This document shows positions 12,373-21,868 of a stretch of 64,000 nt of DNA, piece after piece. Source of the stretch: an uncultured Acidobacteriota bacterium. Lineage in GTDB: Bacteria > Acidobacteriota > Vicinamibacteria > Vicinamibacterales > CAVVIG01. Location of the stretch: assembly GCA_963696165.1 (NCBI GenBank), contig CAVOIY010000002.1:61613-125612 (forward strand), read 5' to 3'. How positions within the stretch are numbered: position 1 is the stretch's first letter; each line of letters starts with the position of its first letter. Below the pieces are notes generated by a model. It did no database searches and was not told where the DNA came from. It saw only the letters and a program-made list of their open reading frames with translations. The translations under genes were made by a program, and so were the position numbers.

Positions 12373-12822
12373 CTACCTTTCGTTCATGTCTGCTGTAATC
12401 GTGCTCAGCAGGCGCTGGGCAGTGCTCAACGTTGTGCCGTCTTTAAATGTGACGTTATCTCCGTCATCGACGGTTAGCTCGATAATCTTTGGCGGACCGC
12501 CGGCCACACCGACACTGGACGGTTCATAACGGAGCGTCTGATACGAGTCGTCAAGGGAAACCAGCACTTCCCGGTTCGCGCCACAAAGCTTCACCGCGTC
12601 GTGGCTGCTCGCGACGATGGCAATCCTTCGGTTCCTGGAGTCTCCCTCAAACGCATGGTTGAACTGTGCGATATCTCGACCCAATACCTCCAGTAGTTCG
12701 GAAAACAAGCGCGATGCGTTCGCCCTCAGCACTGCGGCCTTGTGCAACTCGAACTGGTTGTCCTCCTCTTGCTGAGTATCTTTTGCCTTTATCCGCTTGA
12801 TTTCGTCGTCCATCCATGCCAT
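12373..12822 (-). CDS. Hypothetical protein, 149 aa
   Basis: GAGGA upstream of ATG; protein-like composition; lower GC than the flanks by eye. Confidence 0.65.
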   Translation of the reverse strand: MAWMDDEIKRIKAKDTQQEEDNQFELHKAAVLRANASRLFSELLEVLGRDIAQFNHAFEGDSRNRRIAIVASSHDAVKLCGANREVLVSLDDSYQTLRYEPSSVGVAGGPPKIIELTVDDGDNVTFKDGTTLSTAQRLLSTITADMNER

Positions 12823-13307
12823 ATCTCACGTCCTCTCTAGACCAAACCGTCTCTGCGCACTCGAATCATTCGGCCGGGTCCGATCAAGCGTGTCCGTTTC
12901 CATCGACTCGACATCCGCCGTCCAGGAATCGGTCACGCGACGTCGCCACGGCCCGATGGTTTTCGTCAGTTGCGAGATGACGGCTTTTTGGACGAACTTA
13001 CTATCTCGCGTTCGCGGCAGGTCGTGATGTCTCGCATTGAACATCGCGGCCGAACAGCGGTTCATTCAACGGCGCGGCGAACTAGAGTGGGCGGGTCAGA
13101 GACCCGGCGCAATCTACTCGCCGGACGGTGTGCAGAATGAGACAGCGTCGGTCGCTTGGCCTAATGTACCTTTGACTCCCGGCCTTTCGAATCGCTCGTC
13201 CTCAATCTCAAGAGCATTGATGTGGCGAGAGCACAACAGTAAAGCTTTCGGTTCTGTGCGAAAGATCGATAAAACGCGACCTGCGTGGTCCGTTGTGCGA
13301 GGCGTCC

Positions 13308-14408
13308 ATGCTCTATGAATTCATTGCGGTACACCGCGTCGACATTATTCGGCGGTGCCGGCAAAAGGTGGCACGCCGGTCCGCCCCACCGCCAACCAAA
13401 GCGGAAATCGATCACGGCGTGCCGATGTTCTTGGATCAGTTGGGGAATGCCCTGCGGCTGGGCCTGATCTCCGACGGACAGATTCGCGAAACCGCGATCA
13501 AACATGGTCATGACCTCCGCCTTCAGGGATTCACCCTCTCGCAAGTCGTGCATGATTATGGAGACATCTGCCAGTCGATTACTGAGCTGGCAATGGAAAT
13601 CAACGTCCCCGTCAGCATCGACGACTTTCGCTTGCTGAATGAGTGCCTTGACAATGCAATCGCCGGCGCGGTCACCCAGTATGCGCGCGAAGCAGATCAG
13701 TCGGCCGTCGACGGGGAGACGGCACGCGAGAGCGAGCGCCTCGGCTTCTTCGCCCATGAATTGCGGAACTTAATCAATACTGCGACCACCGCATTCGAGG
13801 TGCTCAAGAGAGGCAATGTGGGCGTCGGCGGGAGCACTGGTGCCGTACTTCAACGAAGCCTCACTGGGTTGGGCGCACTCGTCGGTCGGTCGCTCGCCGA
13901 GGTCCGTCTGACGAAAGGCATCCAGAATCGCGAGCAGTTCCTCGTCTCCGGGTTCATTGACGACGTCGTGGCCGCTGCCACATTAGAGGCACAAGGCCGG
14001 GGCGTCACACTAAGCGTTCTCCCGATCGAGGATGGTGTGACCATCGAGGCCGATCGACAAGTCCTGGCGGCCGTCGTCGGAAACTTGCTGCAGAACGCGT
14101 TCAAGTTCACCAAGCCGCATACGACCGTCACGCTGCGGGTCGGCACCAGCACCGATCGCGTGCTGATCAAGGTCGAGGACGAATGCGGTGGTCTTCCTAA
14201 TGGCAATGGCGACGCACTGTTCCGGCCGTTCGAACAGCGAAGCGCGGATCGAACAGGCCTGGGACTTGGCCTCGCCTTCAGTAGATGGGGCGCTGAAGCC
14301 AACCATGGCCGGATCCACACGCGCAACGTACCTGGTCACGGATGTGTGTTCACCGTCGACTTGCCGCGGGTCCCTGTTCCCGCGCTCGCGTCGTCTGTCG
14401 CCGGTTAA
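13308..14408 (+). CDS. Soluble histidine kinase with RsbRD_N-like N-terminal domain
   Basis: HGHDLRLQGFTLSQVVHDYGDICQ, FAHELRN, NLLQNAFKFT and GLGLGL motifs. Confidence 0.88.
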   Translation: MLYEFIAVHRVDIIRRCRQKVARRSAPPPTKAEIDHGVPMFLDQLGNALRLGLISDGQIRETAIKHGHDLRLQGFTLSQVVHDYGDICQSITELAMEINVPVSIDDFRLLNECLDNAIAGAVTQYAREADQSAVDGETARESERLGFFAHELRNLINTATTAFEVLKRGNVGVGGSTGAVLQRSLTGLGALVGRSLAEVRLTKGIQNREQFLVSGFIDDVVAAATLEAQGRGVTLSVLPIEDGVTIEADRQVLAAVVGNLLQNAFKFTKPHTTVTLRVGTSTDRVLIKVEDECGGLPNGNGDALFRPFEQRSADRTGLGLGLAFSRWGAEANHGRIHTRNVPGHGCVFTVDLPRVPVPALASSVAG

Positions 14409-14815
14409 GGTCGAAACATTCCGTTCATTCGCCGATCCCGCAAGAAGAGTCGAGCGTCGCTGGACGCCCGGTTGACCCTTTTTCGTTTCAGCCTTCCAGC
14501 AGTTTTCCAGCGAGATCGCGCGAGGGCTCGACAGCCCAGCGTCCGGCGCGCTAGGCCAGCGAGTTCAGTCCTCAACTTCCCGGCCGGGCACCACGAACCG
14601 CCGCCACGTGATGTACGGCCGCATCTCGTAGCGTGCCAGTCCGCATGGGGTGACCGGACTGCCTGAAGGGAAGAGGCCGTGCGGGACGGGAGAACGGACG
14701 TTATGCTAACCGAGATACGACTCTGGTGCTCGTATCGTCCCCGATCGTCGGGCCGGCCACACGAATCTTCAGGAATGATTCTTCATCGATCTGATTCACA
14801 GGCGGGACGGGCGAG

Positions 14816-16123
14816 GTGACAGCAAGGGCGGTATCGACCGTCCCTGTGGCGCGCCGGGCAAGCACCGGCAGGCTGGCGACCGCCAGCTCTGTCGGCACGA
14901 CGCTCGAATGGTACGACTTCACGGTCTACAACACGCTGGCCGCCCTGATCTTCAACCGGTTGTTTTTTCCCTCGTTCGATCCGATGTCTGGAACGATCCT
15001 CGCTTTCTCGACGTATGCGGTCGGCTACGTTTCGCGGCCGCTCGGCGGCGTAGTCTTCGGTCATCTCGGCGACAAGCGGGGACGCCGGTTCGTGCTGGTC
15101 CTGACGCTGGTGCTCATGGGCCTCTGCTCGGGTCTGATGGGACTGATTCCAACCTACGCGTCCATCGGCATCTACGGTTCGATTCTGCTCGTCACATTGC
15201 GATTCGTGCAGGGCGTGGCGCTCGGTGGTGAATGGGCTGGCGCCGTGCTGATTTCGGTCGAGCATGGCGACCAGGCCAAGCGCGGCCGAAACGCGTCGTT
15301 CACGCAGGTGGGGCCCTCGGTCGGCACGCTTCTCGCGACAGGCGGCATCGCGCTCATTACGTTCCTCGTGAGCGCGGACGACTTTGTCGCGTGGGCGTGG
15401 CGGGTTCCGTTTCTCGCGAGTCTCGTGCTAGTAGGATTCGGTCTATGGATCCGGCGAGGCGTGGAAGAAACGCCGATGTTCAAGCGCCTCGATCAGAGCG
15501 GCGCGACAGCCGAGACGCCGATCGGAGATGTGTTGCGGCTGTATTGGCCGCGTCTATTGATCGCGGGCGGCGTGCGCGTCGGCTCAGACGTGTTTTATGC
15601 GCTCATCGTCGTCTTCAGCCTGACTTACGTCACGACTGTTCTCAATCTTTCGCGCACGCTGGCATTGACGGCCATCATGGCCGGTTCCGTCGTGAACGCG
15701 CTCACTATTCCGTTTTTTGGCGCGCTCTCCGACCGCGTCGGCCGACGCGTCGTTTACGGAACGGGCACCGTGATGGCGATGCTTTGGGCGTTTGCCTTCT
15801 TCGTGCTTGCCGACACCGGCAAACCGCTCCTCGTGATCCTCGCCGTCGTCGTCGGGCTCATCGTTCATGCCGCCATGTTTGCACCTCAGGCGGCTTTCGT
15901 GACGGAGCAGTTTCCGACACGGGTGCGCTACGCGGGGTCGTCGCTCGCGTATACGCTCGCGGGCATCGTCGGGGGAGGTTTCGCGCCGCTCATTATCGCG
16001 AGCCTGTTTCGCGTCTATTACACGACAACGGCTATTTCACTGTACGTCGTTGGGGCCCTCGCCGTGACGTGTGTCGCGCTGCTGGCGTCGCGTGAAACGG
16101 GAAAGTCAGCATTGGAAGAGTAA
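14816..16123 (+). CDS. MFS transporter, metabolite:H+ symporter (MHS) family
   Basis: GTTLEWYDF, RPLGGVVFGHLGDKRGRR and LRFVQGVALGGEW motifs. Confidence 0.93.
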   Translation: MTARAVSTVPVARRASTGRLATASSVGTTLEWYDFTVYNTLAALIFNRLFFPSFDPMSGTILAFSTYAVGYVSRPLGGVVFGHLGDKRGRRFVLVLTLVLMGLCSGLMGLIPTYASIGIYGSILLVTLRFVQGVALGGEWAGAVLISVEHGDQAKRGRNASFTQVGPSVGTLLATGGIALITFLVSADDFVAWAWRVPFLASLVLVGFGLWIRRGVEETPMFKRLDQSGATAETPIGDVLRLYWPRLLIAGGVRVGSDVFYALIVVFSLTYVTTVLNLSRTLALTAIMAGSVVNALTIPFFGALSDRVGRRVVYGTGTVMAMLWAFAFFVLADTGKPLLVILAVVVGLIVHAAMFAPQAAFVTEQFPTRVRYAGSSLAYTLAGIVGGGFAPLIIASLFRVYYTTTAISLYVVGALAVTCVALLASRETGKSALEE

Positions 16124-16239
16124 GGCAACAACAGTGAGGGTAAGCCTTGCAACAATTCGAGCGGCAGCTCGGTCAGGCGCACCGGCGCCCTTATTGGTTC
16201 CGTATGGCCGTCGTGTATAAGGTCATCAGGAGTACATCG

Positions 16240-16470
16240 ATGTTCGGATCGTTAGGAATGCCGGAACTGATCGTCATCTTCATCATCGCGCTGATTATCT
16301 TCGGCCCTCGCAAGCTGCCGGAGTTAGGTCGCTCGCTCGGGCGTGGGATCGCGGAGTTCAAGAAGGCGACCACGGAGCTGCAGGCGAAACTCGAAGATGA
16401 AATCGAACGAGAGGACCATAGCGCCACGCCATCGACAGCGCCGCCGCCGCAGCCGACGAAGGTAGGCTGA
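16240..16470 (+). CDS. tatA: Twin-arginine translocase TatA/TatE subunit
   Basis: [34 protein letters not shown]; AGGAG SD. Confidence 0.93.
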   Translation: MFGSLGMPELIVIFIIALIIFGPRKLPELGRSLGRGIAEFKKATTELQAKLEDEIEREDHSATPSTAPPPQPTKVG

Positions 16471-16500
16471 CAGCGTTTGCACCTCTAGGGGTGGCGAGCT

Positions 16501-16962
16501 GTGATCCGAATCCGTCACCACCTCCAGCGCCTGGACTTGGGTCGCCGCATCGCGCTGCGCACGCTCATGGCATTCCTCGCGACCTTCGTCATCCTCCGAT
16601 TCATCACGGCGGTCATTCACTTTGAGCTGTTTCCGCACGGCCCATTTCGCAATCTGATTACGAAGAGCGGCCTCCACATCCATCATCTGTTTTGGGGCAT
16701 CCTGCTGTTGATGGCCACCGGCTTCACCGCGCTGGCCACTCGCGATGTCCGTTGGCACTTGCGGATCGCGGTCGTCTTCGGGATCGCGCTCGGGTTGACG
16801 CTCGATGAGTTCGCGTTGTGGCTCCGCCTCGCTGACGTGTATTGGACCCGTCAAGGGATTGAAAGCGTAAAGGCAGCAGCGGTCGTCGCGGCGCTTCTCG
16901 CGAGCTACGCCTTCGGCCGGCCGGTCTGGCACGGTGCGGCCCGCGATCTGTTTCGGAAGTAA
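16501..16962 (+). CDS. Membrane protein of unknown function
   Basis: About 4 TM segments with GLHIHHLFWG and LTLDEFALWL motifs. Confidence 0.75.
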   Translation: MIRIRHHLQRLDLGRRIALRTLMAFLATFVILRFITAVIHFELFPHGPFRNLITKSGLHIHHLFWGILLLMATGFTALATRDVRWHLRIAVVFGIALGLTLDEFALWLRLADVYWTRQGIESVKAAAVVAALLASYAFGRPVWHGAARDLFRK

Positions 16963-17123
16963 CGAACCCACAGCAATCCTTCGGTGCTCTGCATCGGCGG
17001 CATGGGTTCGGCTCCTCACCTCTAGGAATTGGGCAGGCTGATGGCCCGCGCAGTTGGATCCGATACGCGGAAGGACTTGAACCCGCTAAATCAACCGAAA
17101 CGAAAGGCTCGGCCGATCACGCG

Positions 17124-17588
17124 ATGAGCGATCCGCGCTCGCTGCTACGCATCGGCATCGGCGCGTACTTGGTCAGTTTTCTCCTGGTTGCGATCAGCGC
17201 GGGGACGCGTGGCCATGGCTGCGCTGTCGTGGCGCTCCTGGGCCCGTTCATCGCGCTTGACGCGCCATCGGGCGCCGGCGCCAACGAGTTCTTCGACGGA
17301 AACCCGTTCGGATATGTGGCGCTGTTCGTCAGCGGGCTCGTCAACATCGCGTTCCCGCTCGCCATGTTCCTGAAATTCAAGCGGTACGACCGTTCTTTTG
17401 CAGCCGCGAGAATCGCAGTACTCGTCACGATTCCATTCTCGTGGATGGTGTTCGTCCTGCTGCCGGTCCTTCCGCGTGAAGGACACGTTCTGTGGGTGTC
17501 TGGGATGTTGCTGGCGCTGTTCTCCGAGGAGATCGCCGCTCGACGCCGCGCCGGCGCTAGCTCGCGAAGACTTCACGCATGCCATTAG
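17124..17588 (+). CDS. 4-TM hypothetical membrane protein, paralog A
   Basis: Shares GLVNIAFP and PREGHVLW with 17813..18328. Confidence 0.75.
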   Translation: MSDPRSLLRIGIGAYLVSFLLVAISAGTRGHGCAVVALLGPFIALDAPSGAGANEFFDGNPFGYVALFVSGLVNIAFPLAMFLKFKRYDRSFAAARIAVLVTIPFSWMVFVLLPVLPREGHVLWVSGMLLALFSEEIAARRRAGASSRRLHACH

Positions 17589-17812
17589 CGGCTTGGCGCA
17601 CGCAGATGTCGTTGTTCGCGACGGCAAGTGGGCAGACCGCGTGAGAGGACTAACGCCCGCGGCGGTATTTTCTTGCGGTCAGATCGACGCGTTTTTTGAT
17701 TGGTGTGAAGCTGCTGCGCCAGCTGACGGTTGACTGAAGCGTTTCCGCTGCGCCGACTGTGCGGAGGTGAACCGTCTTACTTGAATCGGGAGTATTTCTA
17801 CGTGATCAATCC

Positions 17813-18328
17813 ATGAAAGTGTCGCGCACGCTCTTTGCGCTCGGACTTGTTGCCTACCTGGCGAGTTTTTTTCTGGTGGGCGTGTACGGCTTCGACGCCC
17901 CCGTCCAGGGCTACGTCTGCGCCGGGATGGCGCTCTGGATGCCGCTGGCCTTCCTCAGCGGTGGTCAACAGAGCAGCCCAGCGAGCGGTTCCGCGCTCTG
18001 GCCGCTCATGTTGTTCGCGATGTTCATTGCCGGCCTGGTGAACATCGCGTTCCCGATCGCCGTATTCCTTCGCCTTACTGCGAATTCAGGCTCGTCTGGC
18101 TTTCAGCGCATGAGGGTCTACATTCCGTTGATGGCGGCCTGCTCGTGGCTGGTCTTCGTCCTTGAGTTCTTCATCCCGCGTGAAGGACACGTCTTGTGGA
18201 TGGTCGGTATCGTGTTCGCGCTGTTCCCGGAAGAAATCGGGGCCTACTTGTCGGGCACCACCCAATCGACGACGTCGATTGAGGCCCAGGCTTGCAAGAA
18301 ACCGCGTCGGTTTCGACTGTACGAATGA
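17813..18328 (+). CDS. 4-TM hypothetical membrane protein, paralog B
   Basis: Shares GLVNIAFP and PREGHVLW with 17124..17588. Confidence 0.75.
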   Translation: MKVSRTLFALGLVAYLASFFLVGVYGFDAPVQGYVCAGMALWMPLAFLSGGQQSSPASGSALWPLMLFAMFIAGLVNIAFPIAVFLRLTANSGSSGFQRMRVYIPLMAACSWLVFVLEFFIPREGHVLWMVGIVFALFPEEIGAYLSGTTQSTTSIEAQACKKPRRFRLYE

Positions 18329-18356
18329 CCCGACCAGCCAAGAGCTTGACTCAATC

Positions 18357-18851
18357 TTACGATTTCGCCAGCTTCTTCGCCTGGTGGATGTCTCCGGGCT
18401 CCGGTCCTGAGAGAACCGCGTGGCCATCGCGTCGCCACCAATCCAGTCCGCCGAGAAGCTCCTTCGTCTGGAAGCCCAGATTGGACAGCTTGTACGCGCC
18501 CTTCGTCGATCCGTTGCAGCCGATGCCGTCGCAGTACAGGACGTAGACCTTCGAGCGATCGAGCATCCGCGTCGAGCTCTCGCTCATCTCACGATGCGGA
18601 AGACTGCGCGCCCCCGGGATGTGCGCCTCCTCATATGCTTTCTTTGGCCTGGCGTCGAGCACCACGATGCTCGTCTCGTTGCGCGTCAAGTCCTCAGCCA
18701 AATCCCACGCGTCGGTGTGCCGCTGCAGGTTAGCAAGCATCGCCGCAGCCATTTCCGGCGGCTCCGCGCACCCGAACTCCAGAACCCGGGAAGTAAACCC
18801 GTCGTTCGCGACGTTCTTATCCGCTTCCATAATCGGTTTCGTCGTGGACAT
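18357..18851 (-). CDS. Rhodanese-like domain protein
   Basis: VVLDAR, HIPGA, LYCDGIGCNGSTKGA and LLGGLDWW motifs. Confidence 0.9.
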   Translation of the reverse strand: MSTTKPIMEADKNVANDGFTSRVLEFGCAEPPEMAAAMLANLQRHTDAWDLAEDLTRNETSIVVLDARPKKAYEEAHIPGARSLPHREMSESSTRMLDRSKVYVLYCDGIGCNGSTKGAYKLSNLGFQTKELLGGLDWWRRDGHAVLSGPEPGDIHQAKKLAKS

Positions 18852-18873
18852 GTCGCCGATGCTCCCTTCCGGC

Positions 18874-18952
18874 CTGAGAACTCGGAACTTAGAAGTTGCC
18901 GAATGGGCCGCAGTTCGCAGTTCGCAGTTCTCAGTTCTCAGTTCTCAGTTCA
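18874..18952. repeat. Heptamer tandem repeats in inverted arrangement
   Basis: (CAGTTCN)x6 at 18911-18952; three degenerate complementary units CTGAGAA CTCGGAA CTTAGAA at 18874-18894. Confidence 0.85.
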
Positions 18953-18962
18953 CGTTGTGCTG

Positions 18963-19469
18963 TCAGGGCTTCGCGGACGGCTGCCAAAGCTCAATCTTAT
19001 TCCCATCCAAATCATAGATCCAGGCGAAGCGACCGTAGGATGCATTCATTCGTTTCGCGTCAATCGTGACTCCCTCTTTTTTCAAGCGGTCGAGCAACGC
19101 ATCCAGATCGTCCACGATGTAGTTGATCATGAGCGGTTGGTTGGGAGCGAAATAGTCAGTGGAGGTGGGAAAAATAGTCCACGCGGTCACGTGTTCCTTT
19201 TGCGGGTCGTCGTGTTCGCGCCACGGAAGCATCGCGCCTTGGCCTTTGTCAGCGAGTCCAAGATGCGTCGCATACCATTCGCGCATCGGATCACGATTAG
19301 CGGATTTGAAGAAGACACCGCCGATTCCAAGGATGCGCCCGCGCTGTTCCATTGTAACGGGCGGCTTGGACTTTTCAGGTTGGGGAGATTGCACTTCCTG
19401 TCTTCCTCTTGACGCCGAGATGAGCAACAGCGAGCCGAGCGCAATCGCGCTCCAGGGTATCCCTTGCAT
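18963..19469 (-). CDS. VOC/glyoxalase family protein with possible N-terminal signal
   Basis: ILGIGGVFFKS, MINYIVDDLDALL and YGRFAWIYDLDGNKIELWQP motifs; alternative start at 19352. Confidence 0.88.
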   Translation of the reverse strand: MQGIPWSAIALGSLLLISASRGRQEVQSPQPEKSKPPVTMEQRGRILGIGGVFFKSANRDPMREWYATHLGLADKGQGAMLPWREHDDPQKEHVTAWTIFPTSTDYFAPNQPLMINYIVDDLDALLDRLKKEGVTIDAKRMNASYGRFAWIYDLDGNKIELWQPSAKP

Positions 19470-19567
19470 GCGCGGATTATACAAGTTCCGATTCGGAGAA
19501 AACGGTTCGAGAAGGTGTACCGGTCGCGGTCGTCGCGGCAATGCGGCTGACAGGATACGATGCTGGT

Positions 19568-19640
19568 TTCGAGCCGCTCGTCGGGCGATTGGCGGATCGC
19601 CACCATCTCGTCGCGCCCGATTATCCCGGCTTCGGTCAGT
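19568..19640 (+). pseudogene. Short alpha/beta hydrolase remnant
   Basis: FEPLVGRLADRHHLVAPDYPGFG is the typical beta4-D.PGFG segment; nothing homologous on either side. Confidence 0.65.
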
Positions 19641-19667
19641 TCTTTGCAGAAAGGATGAGATATTCAA

Positions 19668-20198
19668 ATGAAGCATCGACCCATGACGGCGTGCCTGATC
19701 GTCGCCGCGTCCGCGTTCGTGGTGAGCCTCACGCTCGCCGCACAGGACCGATTCTCGGTGAAGGTGCCGAACGGCCTCGCATTTTCGGAATTCAAAGGGT
19801 ACGACACGTGGCAGACGATCGCTCCGAGCCAGACCGAGGACGGGCTGAAGGCGATTCTCGGCAACAGCGTCATGATCAACGCGTACCACGCGGGCATTCC
19901 CGCCAACGGCACGGCCGTTCCTGACGGCGCCATGATGGCCAAGCTCGAATGGTCGAAGAAGAGCGACACCGATTCGCCATACGCCGTCTCCATCCCGGAC
20001 ACGCTGAAGTCGGCATCGTTCATGATCAAGGACTCGAAACGATTTGCCGACAGCGGCGGATGGGGATACGCGCAGTTTGCCTACGACGCCGCCTCGAATA
20101 CCTTCAAGGCGAACGGCAACGGATCGGGATGCGGTTACGTCTGCCATACGCGTGTGAAAACGCGCGACTTCGTTTTCACCCGCTACCCTTTACGGTGA
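19668..20198 (+). CDS. Cytochrome P460 / c'-beta family protein
   Basis: Signal peptide; PDGAMMAKLEW, FMIKDSKRF and GGWGYAQF motifs; C-terminal heme motif CGYVCH then DFVFTRY. Confidence 0.85.
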   Translation: MKHRPMTACLIVAASAFVVSLTLAAQDRFSVKVPNGLAFSEFKGYDTWQTIAPSQTEDGLKAILGNSVMINAYHAGIPANGTAVPDGAMMAKLEWSKKSDTDSPYAVSIPDTLKSASFMIKDSKRFADSGGWGYAQFAYDAASNTFKANGNGSGCGYVCHTRVKTRDFVFTRYPLR

Positions 20199-20255
20199 AT
20201 CACCGCTGCCTGCCGGACAGGTCGTGGGTACAATCGATACGAGTCAAGGAGCCGC

Positions 20256-20799
20256 ATGGATCACAATTTGGAGCATACGGTGTCGCTTCTCGCGCGCACG
20301 CCTGCCGCGTTGAATGTGCTTCTGCGCGATTTGCCGGAGTTCTGGACGTCGCGGAATGAAGGGAAAGACAGTTGGTCCGTGTTCGACATCATGGGCCATC
20401 TGATTCATGGGGAACGGACGGACTGGATTCCGCGCGCGCAGATCATCCTGCAGTTCGGTGAGGGCCGGCCGTTCGACCGCTTCGATCGATGGGCGCAGAA
20501 CCGTGAGAGCCAGGGCAAGTCGCTCCCTGACTTGCTGGATGAATTCGCGCGGTTGCGATCCGAGAATCTGCAACGGCTCGGTTCTTTCAAACTGGGACCA
20601 GACAGCCTCGCGCTGCGCGGAAGACATCCGGTACTCGGAATCGTCACGTTGTCAGAGCTGTTGGCCACGTGGGCCGCTCACGATCTGACGCACATTCACC
20701 AGATCTCGAGGGTGATGGCGCATCAGTACCGAGAAAGCCGTGGGTCCGTGGACGCAGTACCTGGGCGTGATGCAGTGCGCCGGCCACAGCGCTCCGTAA
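20256..20799 (+). CDS. DinB family protein (frameshift near 20735)
   Basis: WSVFDIMGHLIHGE and ATWAAHDLTHIHQI His triad; conserved-looking tail AVGPWTQYL continues in another frame. Confidence 0.85.
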
Positions 20800-20845
20800 C
20801 CGTTCGCCGCGAAGCCTGCATCGGCATCGTGACGCCGAGAGCGTA

Positions 20846-21868
20846 ATGAGAACACTGATCGTCGGTGCTGGCGCGCTCGGCGGAATGATCGCCACGCGGC
20901 TGCGAGCGGCCGGCGTCGATGTCTCGCTCGCGGTCCGGAATCGCGAGTCAGCGGAGGCGCTGAAGCGTTCGGGACTGCAGGTGTCCGGGATCGGAGGTCC
21001 GGCGGCGGTCGCGTCCATCGACGTCGCCGTCGCGCCCCTCGAGGCGTATTCCGCCGAAGACGGGTTCGAGTTGATCGTCCTCGCGACGAAGGCACAGGAT
21101 GCGATCGAAGTCGCGTCCATGGCGATTCGTCTCTTTCGCGGAGGCGGCACCTTGCTGCCGATCCAGAACGGCGGCGTTTCGCAATTACTCGCAGACCGCT
21201 TCGGCAACGACGTCGTGCTCGGCGGGTTGTCGAACTTCGGTGCGACGATGGTCGCGCCGGGCGTTTATGAACAGCGGAATGCGGGACACCTCCTCATCGG
21301 TGAGATCGCGGGAGGGCAGAGCGGGCGAGCCGAACTCGTGCGCGACTGGCTCGGTCGCGGCGTCGACGTGCGTATCACGAAAAACCTGCGCGGTGCCATC
21401 TGGTCCAAGCTGCTGCTCAACTGCTCGGTCACGACGATCGGAGCACTCGCCGGTTCGACGATGAGCGAATACATCGCGTTGCCCGCCGGGCGGGAGCTCT
21501 TCGACCGCGTCTATGACGAGACGCTTCGCGTCGCGCTGCGGACTGGTGCCACCCCCGAGCGGATGATCGTCGATCCAATTCCGCCGGGATGGGACGGCGC
21601 GACCGCCGTGGGCGACGCGCACGATCGCTGGCTCGCCGAGATTGTTCGGGCGTACGGAGGCGCGAAGCCGTCGATGCTGCAGGATATCGAACGCGGCCGG
21701 CCGACGGAGATCGACTTCATCAACGGCTACGTCGTGAGCCGCGGCCGCGAGGTCGGTGTGGACACGCCTGCGAACGCTGGAATCGTGGAAATGGTGCGAG
21801 CGATTACGCGTCGCGAGCTCGCGCCCAGCCCGACGCTCCTCGAGCGCCTCATTGCGTCGCGCCGCTAA
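20846..21868 (+). CDS. Ketopantoate reductase (ApbA/PanE family)
   Basis: IVGAGALGG, LPIQNG, IWSKLLLN and PSMLQDIERGRPTEIDFING motifs. Confidence 0.9.
   Translation: MRTLIVGAGALGGMIATRLRAAGVDVSLAVRNRESAEALKRSGLQVSGIGGPAAVASIDVAVAPLEAYSAEDGFELIVLATKAQDAIEVASMAIRLFRGGGTLLPIQNGGVSQLLADRFGNDVVLGGLSNFGATMVAPGVYEQRNAGHLLIGEIAGGQSGRAELVRDWLGRGVDVRITKNLRGAIWSKLLLNCSVTTIGALAGSTMSEYIALPAGRELFDRVYDETLRVALRTGATPERMIVDPIPPGWDGATAVGDAHDRWLAEIVRAYGGAKPSMLQDIERGRPTEIDFINGYVVSRGREVGVDTPANAGIVEMVRAITRRELAPSPTLLERLIASRR

Noticed and set aside
14410-14815. Long intergenic region that might hold an sRNA or a gene remnant
   Set aside because: No convincing ORF, repeat or RNA motif found
17035-17105. Hammerhead ribozyme, 6S RNA or tRNA fragment (CTGATG..CGAAAC; minus-strand GGTTCAAGTCC)
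   Set aside because: The core is CTGATGG rather than CTGANGA, GAAA does not follow stem II, there is no cloverleaf and no 6S-like long closing stem
18911-18952. CRISPR array
   Set aside because: 7-bp units without spacers; no cas genes in the window
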